From: the human T2T-CHM13v2.0 reference genome, Homo sapiens
Length of the DNA stretch: 64,000 nucleotides
Direction: 5' to 3' (one strand)
Assembly (NCBI RefSeq): GCF_009914755.1
Contig: NC_060940.1
Part shown: piece after piece, positions 45,701-61,068 of the stretch
How positions within the stretch are numbered: the first letter of the stretch is position 1
Layout of the letters: every line of letters starts with the position of its first letter
Notes under the pieces: model-generated
Told to the model about the DNA's origin: nothing
Database searches by the model: none
What the model saw: the letters and a program-made list of their open reading frames with translations, nothing else
Made by a program: the position numbers and the translations under genes

Positions 45701-48700
45701 TTGATGATGATTACATTCGATTCCATTTGATGATTCCATCTGATTCTATTCGAGGATTCCATTTGATTCCATTCGATGATGATTCCATTCGAGTCCATTC
45801 GATGATTTCATTCGAGTACATCCAATGATTCCATTCGAGTCCATTAGATGATTCCATTTGATTCCATTTGAAAATGATTCTACTAGAGTCCATTCAATGA
45901 CTCCATTCGAGTCCATTCAACAATTCCATTCGACTCCATTCGATGATTCCATTCGATTCCATTTGATGGTTCCATTCGAGTCCATTTAATCATTACAGTC
46001 GAGTCCATTTGTTGATTCCACTGGATTTCTTTTGATAATGATACCATTCAATTACATTTCATGATGATCCCATTCAATTTCATTTGATGATGATTCCATT
46101 AGAGTCCATTCGATGATTTCATTCGAGTCCCTTCATTGATTCCATCCGATTTCATTGGATGATGACTCCATTCGAGTCCATTCGATGATTCCACTCGATT
46201 CCATTAGATGACTCCATTGGAGTCCATTTGATTGTTCCATTCGATTCCATTCGATTCCTTTCGAAGATTATTCCATTTGAGTCCATTCGATGATGATTCC
46301 ATTCCATTCCATTCGATGATTCCGTTTGATTCCATTCGATGATTCCCTTCGATTCCTTTCTTTGATGATTCCATTCCATTCCATTCAATGATTCCATTCG
46401 AATCTATTCCATGATGATTCCTTTCGATTCCATTCGCTGATGTTTCCGTTCAATTCCATTCGATGATGATTCCATTCGATTCCATTCATTGAGGATTCCA
46501 TTTGATTCCATTCAATGATGATTCCATTCTATTCCATTCAATGATTGCATTCAATTCCATTCAATGATTATCCCCTTAGTGTAAACTCAACGATTCCATT
46601 CAATACCATTCGATGATGATTCCTTTTGAGTCCATTCAATGATTTCATTCAAGTCCATTTGATGATTCCTTTCAATTCCATTCTATGATGATTCCATTCG
46701 AGTCCATTCGATGATTCCATTCGATTGCATTCGATGATTCCATTATATTCCATTCAACGGTGATTCCATTCGAGTCCATTCCATGATTCCATTAGAGTAC
46801 ATTTAATGATTGCTTTGTTTTCAATTCGAAGATGATTACATTGGATTCCATTCTATGATATCATTCGATTCCATTCAATGATGATTCCACTCAAATCCAT
46901 TGGATGATTCCATTCGTGTCCATTCGGTGATTTCATTAGATTCCATTCGAGGATGATTCCATTCGATTCCATTCGATGATTCCATTCAATTCCATTCGAT
47001 GATGATTCCATTCCAGTCCATATGATCATTCCATTTGATTTCATTCGATGATGATTCCATTCGATTCGATTCGATGATTCCATTCTATTCCATTCGATGA
47101 TGATTCCATTCGAGTCCATTCGATCATTCCATTCGAGTCCATTTAATGATTCCATTGGGTTCAATTCAATGATGATTACATTGGATTCCGTTCTATGATT
47201 CCATTCAATTCCGTTCATTGACAATTTGATTCCATTCGATGATGATTCCATTTGAGTTCATTCGATGATTCTATTCGATTCTCTTCAATGGTGATTCAAT
47301 TCTATTATATTGGATGATTCCATTCGATTCCATTTGATGTTGATTCAATTCGATTCTATTCGATGATGATTCCATTGGATTTCACTTGATGATTCTATTC
47401 GATTCCATTCAATGATGATTCACTTCTCGTCCATTGGATGATTCCATTTCATTCCATTCGATGATGATTCCATTCGATTCCATTCGATGATTCCATTTGA
47501 TTCCATGCGACGGTGAGCAATTCGATTCAATTCCATGATGATTCTATTTGATTCAATTAGATGATGTTTCCATTCGAATCCATTCCATGATTATTCCATT
47601 GGAATCCATTCGGCGATGATTCCATATGAGTCAATTCAATGATGATTCCATATGGGTCCGTTCGATGATAATTCCATTTGATTTCATTCGATGCTTCTAT
47701 TCTATTCCAGTCGATGATGATTCCGTTGGAGTCCATACGATGATTCCATTTGATTTCATTTGATGATGATTCCATTCGATGATGATTACATTGGATTCCA
47801 TTCTATGATTCCATTCAATTCCATTCGTTGATGATTCGATTCCATTCAATGATGATCCCATTTGAGTTCATTCGATGATTCTATTCGATTCCGTTCGATG
47901 GTGATTCAATTCTATTATATTGGATGATTCCACTCGATTCCATTTGATGATTATTCCATTGGAGTCCACTTAGTGAATCCTTTAGATTCTACTCGACGAT
48001 GATTCCATTCGAGTCCATTCGATGATACCATTCAATTCCATTCGTTGATGCTTCCATTCAAGTGCATTCGATGATATCATTCGATTCCATTTGATGATAA
48101 TTCCATTTGATTCCATGCGATGATTCTATTCGATTCCATTCAATGATAATTCCATTCAATTCAGTGATTCCTCTGGACTCCATTTGATGATGATTCCATT
48201 CAATGATTCCATTCGATTCTATTCGAAAATGATTCCATTTGAATCCATTTGATGATGATTCCATTAGATTCCATTAGATGATTCCATTCGATTCCATTCG
48301 ATGATGATTCCATTCGATTCCGTTTGATGATTCCATTCTATTCTATTCGATGATGATTCCATTCGATTCCATTCGATGATGATTGGATTCGATTCCATTT
48401 GATGATTTCATTTGATTCCATTCGTTAATGATTTCGATTAATTCCATTTGATGATTCCATTCGATTCCATTCGATAATGATTACATCCGAGTCCATTCGA
48501 TGATTCCCTTTGAGCCTGTTCGATAATTCCATTTGAGTCCAACCAATGATTCCATTCATTTCCATTCAATGATTCCATTCGAGTCCATTTGATCATTCCG
48601 GTAGGGTCCATTCGATGTTGATTCCATTGGAGTGCATTCGATGATTCCATTCGAGTCCATTTTAGGATTTGATTCGAGTCCTTTCGATGATTCCATTCGA

Positions 48701-48870
48701 TTCCACTCGATGATGATTTCATTCGAGTCCATTCGACACTTCCAATCGATTCCATTTGATGATTCCATTCGAGTCCAATTGATGATTCCATTCAATTCCA
48801 TTCGATGATGATTCCGTACGATTCCATTCTGTGATGATTCCATGTGATTGCATTCAATGATGATTCCTTT
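42759..48870 (+). repeat. HSat2 unit 8 (6112 bp)
   Basis: Offset +42758. Confidence 0.95.
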
Positions 48871-51800
48871 CGATTGCATTCGATTATGATTCATTTCGTG
48901 TTCATTCTATGGTTCCACAGGTTTCCATTCGTGTCCATTCCATTATTCCATTCTATTCCATTTGATGATGATTCCATTCGATTCCATTCATTGGTGATTC
49001 CACTCAATTCCATTCAATGATTCCATTCCATTTCTTTCAACAATGATTCCATTAGTTTCTAATCGATGATCCACTTGATTCCATTTGACGACGATTCCAT
49101 TCTTGTCCATTCGATGATTCCATTTGATTCCATATGATGATGATTCCATTCGATTCCATACCATGATGATTCCATTCGAGTCCATTCAATGGTGATTCCA
49201 TTCAATTCCATTCGATGATTCCTTTTGATTCCATTCGATGATGATGGCATTCGATTCCTTTCAATCATTCCCTTTGATTCCATTCAAAGGTGATTTCATT
49301 CAAGTCCATTCGATAATTGCATTCGATTCCATTCTATGATGATTCCATTCGAGTCCATTTGATGATTCCATTCAATTCAAGTCAATGATGATTCCATTCG
49401 ATTCCATTCGATGATTCCATTGGATTCCATTCGATGATGATTCCATTCAAATCCATTCGATAATTCAATTCAAGTCCATTCGATGATGATTCCAATCGAA
49501 TCCATTCAAAGATTCCATTCAGTTCCATTCGATGATTCCCTTAGATTCCATTCGATGATTCCACTTGATTGCATTTACGATGATTCCATTCGATTCCATG
49601 TGATGATTCCATTCAATTCTATTCAATGATGTCTCCATTTGATTCCATTCGACCATGATTGCCTTTGATTCCATTCAATGATTCCATTCGGTTCCGTTTG
49701 ATGATGATTCCGTTCGATTCCATTTGATGATTCCATTTGATTCCATTGGATGAGTCCATTCGATTACATTCGATGATTATTCCATTCGAGTGCATTAGAT
49801 GATTCCATTCGAGTCCATTCGATGATTCCATTCGATTCCATTCGATGTTGATTCTGTTCAAATCCATTCGATGATTCCACTCGATTCCATTCGTTGACTC
49901 CATTTGATCCCATTCGATGATTTCCTTTGATTCCCTTTGATGATCATTCCATTTGATTCAATTCGGTGATTTCATTTGATTCCATTCAGTGATGTTTCCA
50001 TTCGACTCCATTCGATGATGATTCCATTCGACTCCATTCGATTATGATTTCATTCAATTCCATTCGATAATGATTCCCTTCGAGTCCATTCGATGATTCC
50101 ATTCGATTCCATTCAACGATGATTTGATTCGTGTCCATTCGATGATTCCATTTGATTCCACTTGATGATGATTCCATTCGAGTCCATTTGATGATTCCAT
50201 TCAATTCCATACTCCGATGATTTCTTTTGAGCCCACTCAATGCTTCCACTCGATTCCATATGATGATGACTCCATTCGATGAAATTCGATGATGATTCCA
50301 TTCGCTTGCTTTCGATGATGATTCCACTTGAGTCCGTTAGAAGATTCTATTCAATTACATTCCATGACGATTCCGTTCGAGTCCATTTGATGATTCCATT
50401 AGACTCCATTCGACGATGATTCCATTCGATGTTATTCGATGATTCCATTCGATCTCATTCGATGATGATTCCATTCAACTCCATTCGATGTTTCCATTCG
50501 AGTTCATTCTATTATTCCATTAGATTCCATTCGATGATGATTCCATTCGATTCCATTTGATGATTGCATTCTATTTCATTTGATGATGATTCCATTCGAG
50601 TCCACTCGATGATTCCATTCGAGTCCATTTAATGAATCCATTGGTTTCAATTCTATGATGATTACATTGGATTCCATTCGTTGATGATTTCATTCGGTTC
50701 CATTCAATGATGATTCCATTCAATTCCTTTCAATGTTTCCATTCAATTCCATACGATGATGATTCCATTTGATTTGATTCGACAGTGAGCCATTCGATTC
50801 AATTCCATGATGATTCTATTTGATTCAATTGGTTGACATTTCCATTCGATTCCATTCGATGATGATTCCCTTTGATTCCGTTCAAAGATGATTCCATTCT
50901 AGCCCATTCAATCATTCCATTCGATTCTATTCAATGATGATTCCATTCATGTCGATTTGGTGATTCCATTTGACTTCATTTGATGATGATTCCTTTCAAG
51001 TTCATTAGATGATTCCATTCGATTCCATTTGATGATGATCCCATTCGAGTCCATTCAGTGATTCCATTCGTTTCCATTCCATGATGATTCCATTCCTTTC
51101 CATTCAATGATTCCATTCGATTCCGTTTGATGATGATTTCATTCGAGTCCATTTGATGATTCCATTTGATTCCATTCGATGATGATTCCATTCGAGTCCA
51201 TTCGATGATTCTATTCGAATCCATTTGATGATTTCTTTTGATTATAGTTGGTGATGATTCCATTGGAGTCCATTCAATGATTCCATTCTATTCCAATCGA
51301 TGATGATTCCATTAGAGTCCATTTAATGATTCCATTTGATTCCAGTCTCTGATGATTACATTCGAGTCCATACGATGATTCCACTCAATTCCATATGATG
51401 ATGATTCCATTTGATTCCATTCGGTGATTCCATTCTATTCTATTCAATGGTGATTCCATTCGAGTACATTAGATGATTCCATTCGATTCCATTCAATGAT
51501 GATTCTATTTGTGTCCCTTAGATGATTCCACATGATTCCATTAGATGATGATACTATTTGAGCCCATCCAATGATTCCCTTCGATTCCATTCGATGAGGA
51601 TTCCATTCGATTCAATTCATTGGTGATTCTATTCAATTCAATTCTTTGATTCCATTCCATTCCATTCGACAATGATTCCATTCGATTTCTTTCGATGATT
51701 CCACTCGATTCCACTTGACATTGATTCCATTCGATTCCATTCAATGATTCCATTTGATTCCAGTGGATGATGATTGCCATCGATTCCATTCGATCACTCC

Positions 51801-54800
51801 ATTCTATTCCATTTGATGATGATTACATTCGATTCCATTTGATGATTCTATCTGATTCTATTCGAGGATTCCATTTGATTCCATTCGATGATGATTCCAT
51901 TCGAGTCCATTCGATGATTTCATTCGAGTACATCCAATGATTCCATTCGAGTCCATTAGATGATTCCATTTGATTCCATTTGAAAATGATTCTACTAGAG
52001 TCCATTCAATGACTCCATTCGAGTCCATTCAACAATTCCATTCGACTCCATTCGATGATTCCATTCGATTCCATTTGATGGTTCCATTCGAGTCCATTTA
52101 ATCATTACAGTCGAGTCCATTTGTTGATTCCACTGGATTTCTTTTGATAATGATACCATTCAATTACATTTCATGATGATCCCATTCAATTTCATTTGAT
52201 GATGATTCCATTAGAGTCCATTCGATGATTTCATTCGAGTCCCTTCATTGATTCCATCCGATTTCATTGGATGATGACTCCATTCGAGTCCATTCGATGA
52301 TTCCACTCGATTCCATTAGATGACTCCATTGGAGTCCATTTGATTGTTCCATTCGATTCCATTCGATTCCTTTCGAAGATTATTCCATTTGAGTCCATTC
52401 GATGATGATTCCATTCCATTCCATTCGATGATTCCGTTTGATTCCATTCGATGATTCCCTTCGATTCCTTTCTTTGATGATTCCATTCCATTCCATTCAA
52501 TGATTCCATTCGAATCTATTCCATGATGATTCCTTTCGATTCCATTCGCTGATGTTTCCATTCAATTCCATTCGATGATGATTCCATTCGATTCCATTCA
52601 TTGAGGATTCCATTTGATTCCATTCAATGATGATTCCATTCTATTCCATTCAATGATTGCATTCAATTCCATTCAATGATTATCCCATTAGAGTAAACTC
52701 AACGATTCCATTCAATACCATTCGATGATGATTCCTTTTGAGTCCATTCAATGATTTCATTCAAGTCCATTTGATGATTCCTTTCAATTCCATTCTATGA
52801 TGATTCCATTCGAGTCCATTCGATGATTCCATTCGATTGCATTCGATGATTCCATTATATTCCATTCAACGGTGATTCCATTCGAGTCCATTCCATGATT
52901 CCATTAGAGTACATTTAATGATTGCTTTGTTTTCAATTCGAAGATGATTACATTGGATTCCATTCTATGATACCATTCGATTCCATTCAATGATGATTCC
53001 ACTCAAATCCATTGGATGATTCCATTCGTGTCCATTCGGTGATTTCATTAGATTCCATTCGAGGATGATTCCATTCGATTCCATTCGATGATTCCATTCA
53101 ATTCCATTCGATGATGATTCCATTCCAGTCCATATGATCATTCCATTTGATTTCATTCGATGATGATTCCATTCGATTCGATTCGACGATTCCATTCTAT
53201 TCCATTCGATGATGATTCCATTCGAGTCCATTCGATCATTCCATTCGAGTCCATTTAATGATTCCATTGGGTTCAATTCAATGATGATTACATTGGATTC
53301 CGTTCTATGATTCCATTCAATTCCGTTCATTGACAATTTGATTCCATTCGATGATGATTCCATTTGAGTTCATTCGATGATTCTATTCGATTCTCTTCGA
53401 TGGTGATTCAATTCTATTATATTGGATGATTCCATTCGATTCCATTTGATGTTGATTCAATTCGATTCTATTCGATGATGATTCCATTGGATTTCTCTTG
53501 ATGATTCTATTCGATTCCATTCAATGATGATTCACTTCTCGTCCATTGGATGATTCCATTTCATTCCATTCAATGATGATTCCATTCGATTCCATTCGAT
53601 GATTCCATTTGATTCCATGCGACGGTGAGCAATTCGATTCAATTCCATGATGATTCTATTTGATTCAATTAGATGATGTTTCCATTCGAATCCATTCCAT
53701 GATTATTCCATTGGAATCCATTCGGCGATGATTCCATATAGGTCAATTCAATGATGATTCCATATGGGTCCGTTCGATGATAATTCCATTTGATTTCATT
53801 CGATGCTTCTATTCTATTCCAGTCGATGATGATTCCGTTGGAGTCCATACGATGATTCCATTTGATTTCATTTGATGATGATTCCATTCGATGATGATTA
53901 CATTGGATTCCATTCTATGATTCCATTCAATTCCATTCGTTGATGATTCGATTCCATTCAATGATGATTCCATTTGAGTTCATTCGATGATTCTATTCGA
54001 TTCCGTTCGATGGTGATTCAATTCTATTATATTGGATGATTCCACTCGATTCCATTTGATGATTATTCCATTGGAGTCCACTTAGTGAATCCTTTAGATT
54101 CTACTCGACGATGATTCCATTCGAGTCCATTCGATGATACCATTCAATTCCATTCGTTGATGCTTCCATTCAAGTGCATTCGATGATATCATTCGATTCC
54201 ATTTGATGATAATTCCATTTGATTCCATGCGATGATTCTATTCGATTCCATTCAATGATAATTCCATTCAATTCAGTGATTCCTCTGGACTCCATTTGAT
54301 GATGATTCCATTCAATGATTCCATTCGATTCTATTCGAAAATGATTCCATTTGAATCCATTTGATGATGATTCCATTAGATTCCATTTGATGATTCCATT
54401 CGATTCCATTCGGCGATGATTCCATTCGATTCCGTTTGATGATTCCATTCTATTCTATTCGATGATGATTCCATTCGATTCCATTCGATGATGATTGGAT
54501 TCGATTCCATTTGATGATTTCATTTGATTCCATTCGTTAATGATTTCGATCAATTCCATTCGATGATTCCATTCGATTCCATTCGATAATGATTACATCC
54601 GAGTCCATTCGATGATTCCCTTTGAGCCTGTTCGATAATTCCATTTGAGTCCAACCAATGATTCCATTCATTTCCATTCAATGATTCCATTCGAGTCCAT
54701 TTGATCATTCCGGTAGGGTCCATTCGATGTTGATTCCATTGGAGTGCATTCGATGATTCCATTCGAGTCCATTTTAGGATTTGATTCGAGTCCTTTCGAT

Positions 54801-54956
54801 GATTCCATTCGATTCCACTCGATGATGATTTCATTCGAGTCCATTCGACACTTCCAATCGATTCCATTTGATGATTCCATTCGAGTCCAATTGATGATTC
54901 CATTCAATTCCATTCTGTGATGATTCCATGTGATTGCATTCAATGATGATTCCTTT
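48871..54956 (+). repeat. HSat2 unit 9, 6086-bp variant (26-bp deletion)
   Basis: Offset +48870. ORF 48988 -> 55074 is 6086 bp. Same 26 bp missing after 54915. Confidence 0.95.
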
Positions 54957-57900
54957 CGATTGCATTCGATTATGATTCATTTCGTGTTCATTCTATGGTT
55001 CCACAGGTTTCCATTCGTGTCCATTCCATTATTCCATTCTATTCCATTTGATGATGATTCCATTCGATTCCATTCATTGGTGATTCCACTCAATTCCATT
55101 CAATGATTCCATTCCATTTCTTTCAACAATGATTCCATTAGTTTCTAATCGATGATCCACTTGATTCCATTTGACGACGATTCCATTCTTGTCCATTCGA
55201 TGATTCCATTTGATTCCATATGATGATGATTCCATTCGATTCCATACCATGATGATTCCATTCGAGTCCATTCAATGGTGATTCCATTCAATTCCATTCG
55301 ATGATTCCTTTTGATTCCATTCGATGATGATGGCATTCAATTCCTTTCAATCATTCCCTTTGATTCCATTCAAAGGTGATTTCATTCAAGTCCATTCGAT
55401 AATTGCATTCGATTCCATTCTATGATGATTCCATTCGAGTCCATTTGATGATTCCATTCAATTCAAGTCAATGATGATTCCATTCGATTCCATTCGATGA
55501 TTCCATTGGATTCCATTCGATGATGATTCCATTCAAATCCATTCGATAATTCAATTCAAGTCCATTCGATGATGATTCCAATCGAATCCATTCAAAGATT
55601 CCATTCAGTTCCATTCGATGATTCCCTTAGATTCCATTCGATGATTCCACTTGATTGCATTTACGATGATTCCATTCGATTCCATGTGATGATTCCATTC
55701 AATTCTATTCAATGATGTCTCCATTTGATTCCATTCGACCATGATTGCCTTTGATTCCATTCAATGATTCCATTCGGTTCCGTTTGATGATGATTCCGTT
55801 CGATTCCATTTGATGATTCCATTTGATTCCATTGGATGAGTCCATTCGATTACATTCGATGATTATTCCATTCGAGTGCATTAGATGATTCCATTCGAGT
55901 CCATTCGATGATTCCATTCGATTCCATTCGATGTTGATTCTGTTCAAATCCATTCGATGATTCCACTCGATTCCATTCGTTGACTCCATTTGATCCCATT
56001 CGATGATTTCCTTTGATTCCCTTTAATGATCATTCCATTTGATTCAATTCGGTGATTTCATTTGATTCCATTCAGTGATGTTTCCATTCGACTCCATTCG
56101 ATGATGATTCCATTCGACTCCATTCGATTATGATTTCATTCAATTCCATTCGATAATGATTCCCTTCGAGTCCATTCGATGATTCCATTCGATTCCATTC
56201 AACGATGATTTGATTCGTGTCCATTCGATGATTCCATTTGATTCCACTTGATGATGATTCCATTCGAGTCCATTTGATGATTCCATTCAATTCCATACTC
56301 CGATGATTTCTTTTGAGCCCACTCAATGCTTCCACTCGATTCCATATGATGATGACTCCATTCGATGAAATTCGATGATGATTCCATTCGCTTGCTTTCG
56401 ATGATGATTCCACTTGAGTCCGTTAGAAGATTCTATTCAATTACATTCCATGACGATTCCGTTCGAGTCCATTTGATGATTCCATTAGACTCCATTCGAC
56501 GATGATTCCATTCGATGTTATTCGATGATTCCATTCGATCTCATTCGATGATGATTCCATTCAACTCCATTCGATGTTTCCATTCGAGTTCATTCTATTA
56601 TTCCATTAGATTCCATTCGATGATGATTCCATTCGATTCCATTTGATGATTGCATTCTATTTCATTTGATGATGATTCCATTCGAGTCCACTCGATGATT
56701 CCATTCGAGTCCATTTAATGAATCCATTGGTTTCAATTCTACGATGATTACATTGGATTCCATTCGTTGATGATTTCATTCGGTTCCATTCAATGATGAT
56801 TCCATTCAATTCCTTTCAATGTTTCCATTCAATTCCATACGATGATGATTCCATTTGATTTGATTCGACAGTGAGCCATTCGATTCAATTCCATGATGAT
56901 TCTATTTGATTCAATTGGTGGACATTTCCATTCGATTCCATTCGATGATGATTCCCTTTGATTCCGTTCAAAGATGATTCCATTCTAGCCCATTCAATCA
57001 TTCCATTCGATTCTATTCAATGATGATTCCATTCATGTCGATTTGGTGATTCCATTTGACTTCATTTGATGATGATTCCTTTCAAGTTCATTAGATGATT
57101 CCATTCGATTCCATTTGATGATGATCCCATTCGAGTCCATTCAGTGATTCCATTCGTTTCCATTCCATGATGATTCCATTCCTTTCCATTCAATGATTCC
57201 ATTCGATTCCGTTTGATGATGATTTCATTCGAGTCCATTTGATGATTCCATTTGATTCCATTCGATGATGATTCCATTCGAGTCCATTCGATGATTCTAT
57301 TCGAATCCATTTGATGATTTCTTTTGATTATAGTTGGTGATGATTCCATTGGAGTCCATTCAATGATTCCATTCTATTCCAATCGATGATGATTCCATTA
57401 GAGTCCATTTAATGATTCCATTTGATTCCAGTCTCTGATGATTACATTCGAGTGCATACGATGATTCCACTCAATTCCATATGATGATGATTCCATTTGA
57501 TTCCATTCGGTGATTCCATTCTATTCTATTCAATGGTGATTCCATTCGAGTACATTAGATGATTCCATTCGATTCCATTCAATGATGATTCTATTTGTGT
57601 CCCTTAGATGATTCCACATGATTCCATTAGATGATGATACTATTTGAGCCCATCCAATGATTCCCTTCGATTCCATTCGATGAGGATTCCATTCGATTCA
57701 ATTCATTGGTGATTCTATTCAATTCAATTCTTTGATTCCATTCCATTCCATTCGACAATGATTCCATTCGATTTCTTTCGATGATTCCACTCGATTCCAC
57801 TTGACATTGATTCCATTCGATTCCATTCAATGATTCCATTTGATTCCAGTGGATGATGATTGCCATCGATTCCATTCGATCACTCCATTCTATTCCATTT

Positions 57901-60900
57901 GATGATGATTACATTCGATTCCATTTGATGATTCCATCTGATTCTATTCGAGGATTCCATTTGATTCCATTCGATGATGATTCCATTCGAGTCCATTCGA
58001 TGATTTCATTCGAGTACATCCAATGATTCCATTCGAGTCCATTAGATGATTCCATTTGATTCCATTTGAAAATGATTCTACTAGAGTCCATTCAATGACT
58101 CCATTCGAGTCCATTCAACAATTCCATTCGACTCCATTCGATGATTCCATTCGATTCCATTTGATGGTTCCATTCGAGTCCATTTAATCATTACAGTCGA
58201 GTCCATTTGTTGATTCCACTGGATTTCTTTTGATAATGATACCATTCAATTACATTTCATGATGATCCCATTCAATTTCATTTGATGATGATTCCATTAG
58301 AGTCCATTCGATGATTTCATTCGAGTCCCTTCATTGATTCCATCCGATTTCATTGGATGATGACTCCATTCGAGTCCATTCGATGATTCCACTCGATTCC
58401 ATTAGATGACTCCATTGGAGTCCATTTGATTGTTCCATTCGATTCCATTCGATTCCTTTCGAAGATTATTCCATTTGAGTCCATTCGATGATGATTCCAT
58501 TCCATTCCATTCGATGATTCCGTTTGATTCCATTCGATGATTCCCTTCGATTCCTTTCTTTGATGATTCCATTCCATTCCATTCAATGATTCCATTCGAA
58601 TCTATTCCATGATGATTCCTTTCGATTCCATTCGCTGATGTTTCCGTTCAATTCCATTCGATGATGATTCCATTCGATTCCATTCATTGAGGATTCCATT
58701 TGATTCCATTCAATGATGATTCCATTCTATTCCATTCAATGATTGCATTCAATTCCATTCAATGATTATCCCCTTAGTGTAAACTCAACGATTCCATTCA
58801 ATACCATTCGATGATGATTCCTTTTGAGTCCATTCAATGATTTCATTCAAGTCCATTTGATGATTCCTTTCAATTCCATTCTATGATGATTCCATTCGAG
58901 TCCATTCGATGATTCCATTCGATTGCATTCGATGATTCCATTATATTCCATTCAACGGTGATTCCATTCGAGTCCATTCCATGATTCCATTAGAGTACAT
59001 TTAATGATTGCTTTGTTTTCAATTCGAAGATGATTACATTGGATTCCATTCTATGATACCATTCGATTCCATTCAATGATGATTCCACTCAAATCCATTG
59101 GATGATTCCATTCGTGTCCATTCGGTGATTTCATTAGATTCCATTCGAGGATGATTCCATTCGATTCCATTCGATGATTCCATTCAATTCCATTCGATGA
59201 TGATTCCATTCCAGTCCATATGATCATTCCATTTGATTTCATTCGATGATGATTCCATTCGATTCGATTCGACGATTCCATTCTATTCCATTCGATGATG
59301 ATTCCATTCGAGTCCATTCGATCATTCCATTCGAGTCCATTTAATGATTCCATTGGGTTCAATTCAATGATGATTACATTGGATTCCGTTCTATGATTCC
59401 ATTCAATTCCGTTCATTGACAATTTGATTCCATTCGATGATGATTCCATTTGAGTTCATTCGATGATTCTATTCGATTCTCTTCAATGGTGATTCAATTC
59501 TATTATATTGGATGATTCCATTCGATTCCATTTGATGTTGATTCAATTCGATTCTATTCGATGATGATTCCATTGGATTTCACTTGATGATTCTATTCGA
59601 TTCCATTCAATGATGATTCACTTCTCGTCCATTGGATGATTCCATTTCATTCCATTCGATGATGATTCCATTCGATTCCATTCGATGATTCCATTTGATT
59701 CCATGCGACGGTGAGCAATTCGATTCAATTCCATGATGATTCTATTTGATTCAATTAGATGATGTTTCCATTCGAATCCATTCCATGATTATTCCATTGG
59801 AATCCATTCGGCGATGATTCCATATGAGTCAATTCAATGATGATTCCATATGGGTCCGTTCGATGATAATTCCATTTGATTTCATTCGATGCTTCTATTC
59901 TATTCCAGTCGATGATGATTCCGTTGGAGTCCATACGATGATTCCATTTGATTTCATTTGATGATGATTCCATTCGATGATGATTACATTGGATTCCATT
60001 CTATGATTCCATTCAATTCCATTCGTTGATGATTCGATTCCATTCAATGATGATCCCATTTGAGTTCATTCGATGATTCTATTCGATTCCGTTCGATGGT
60101 GATTCAATTCTATTATATTGGATGATTCCACTCGATTCCATTTGATGATTATTCCATTGGAGTCCACTTAGTGAATCCTTTAGATTCTACTCGACGATGA
60201 TTCCATTCGAGTCCATTCGATGATACCATTCAATTCCATTCGTTGATGCTTCCATTCAAGTGCATTCGATGATATCATTCGATTCCATTTGATGATAATT
60301 CCATTTGATTCCATGCGATGATTCTATTCGATTCCATTCAATGATAATTCCATTCAATTCAGTGATTCCTCTGGACTCCATTTGATGATGATTCCATTCA
60401 ATGATTCCATTCGATTCTATTCGAAAATGATTCCATTTGAATCCATTTGATGATGATTCCATTAGATTCCATTAGATGATTCCATTCGATTCCATTCGAT
60501 GATGATTCCATTCGATTCCGTTTGATGATTCCATTCTATTCTATTCGATGATGATTCCATTCGATTCCATTCGATGATGATTGGATTCGATTCCATTTGA
60601 TGATTTCATTTGATTCCATTCGTTAATGATTTCGATTAATTCCATTTGATGATTCCATTCGATTCCATTCGATAATGATTACATCCGAGTCCATTCGATG
60701 ATTCCCTTTGAGCCTGTTCGATAATTCCATTTGAGTCCAACCAATGATTCCATTCATTTCCATTCAATGATTCCATTCGAGTCCATTTGATCATTCCGGT
60801 AGGGTCCATTCGATGTTGATTCCATTGGAGTGCATTCGATGATTCCATTCGAGTCCATTTTAGGATTTGATTCGAGTCCTTTCGATGATTCCATTCGATT

Positions 60901-61068
60901 CCACTCGATGATGATTTCATTCGAGTCCATTCGACACTTCCAATCGATTCCATTTGATGATTCCATTCGAGTCCAATTGATGATTCCATTCAATTCCATT
61001 CGATGATGATTCCGTACGATTCCATTCTGTGATGATTCCATGTGATTGCATTCAATGATGATTCCTTT
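54957..61068 (+). repeat. HSat2 unit 10 (6112 bp)
   Basis: Offset +54956. Confidence 0.95.
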
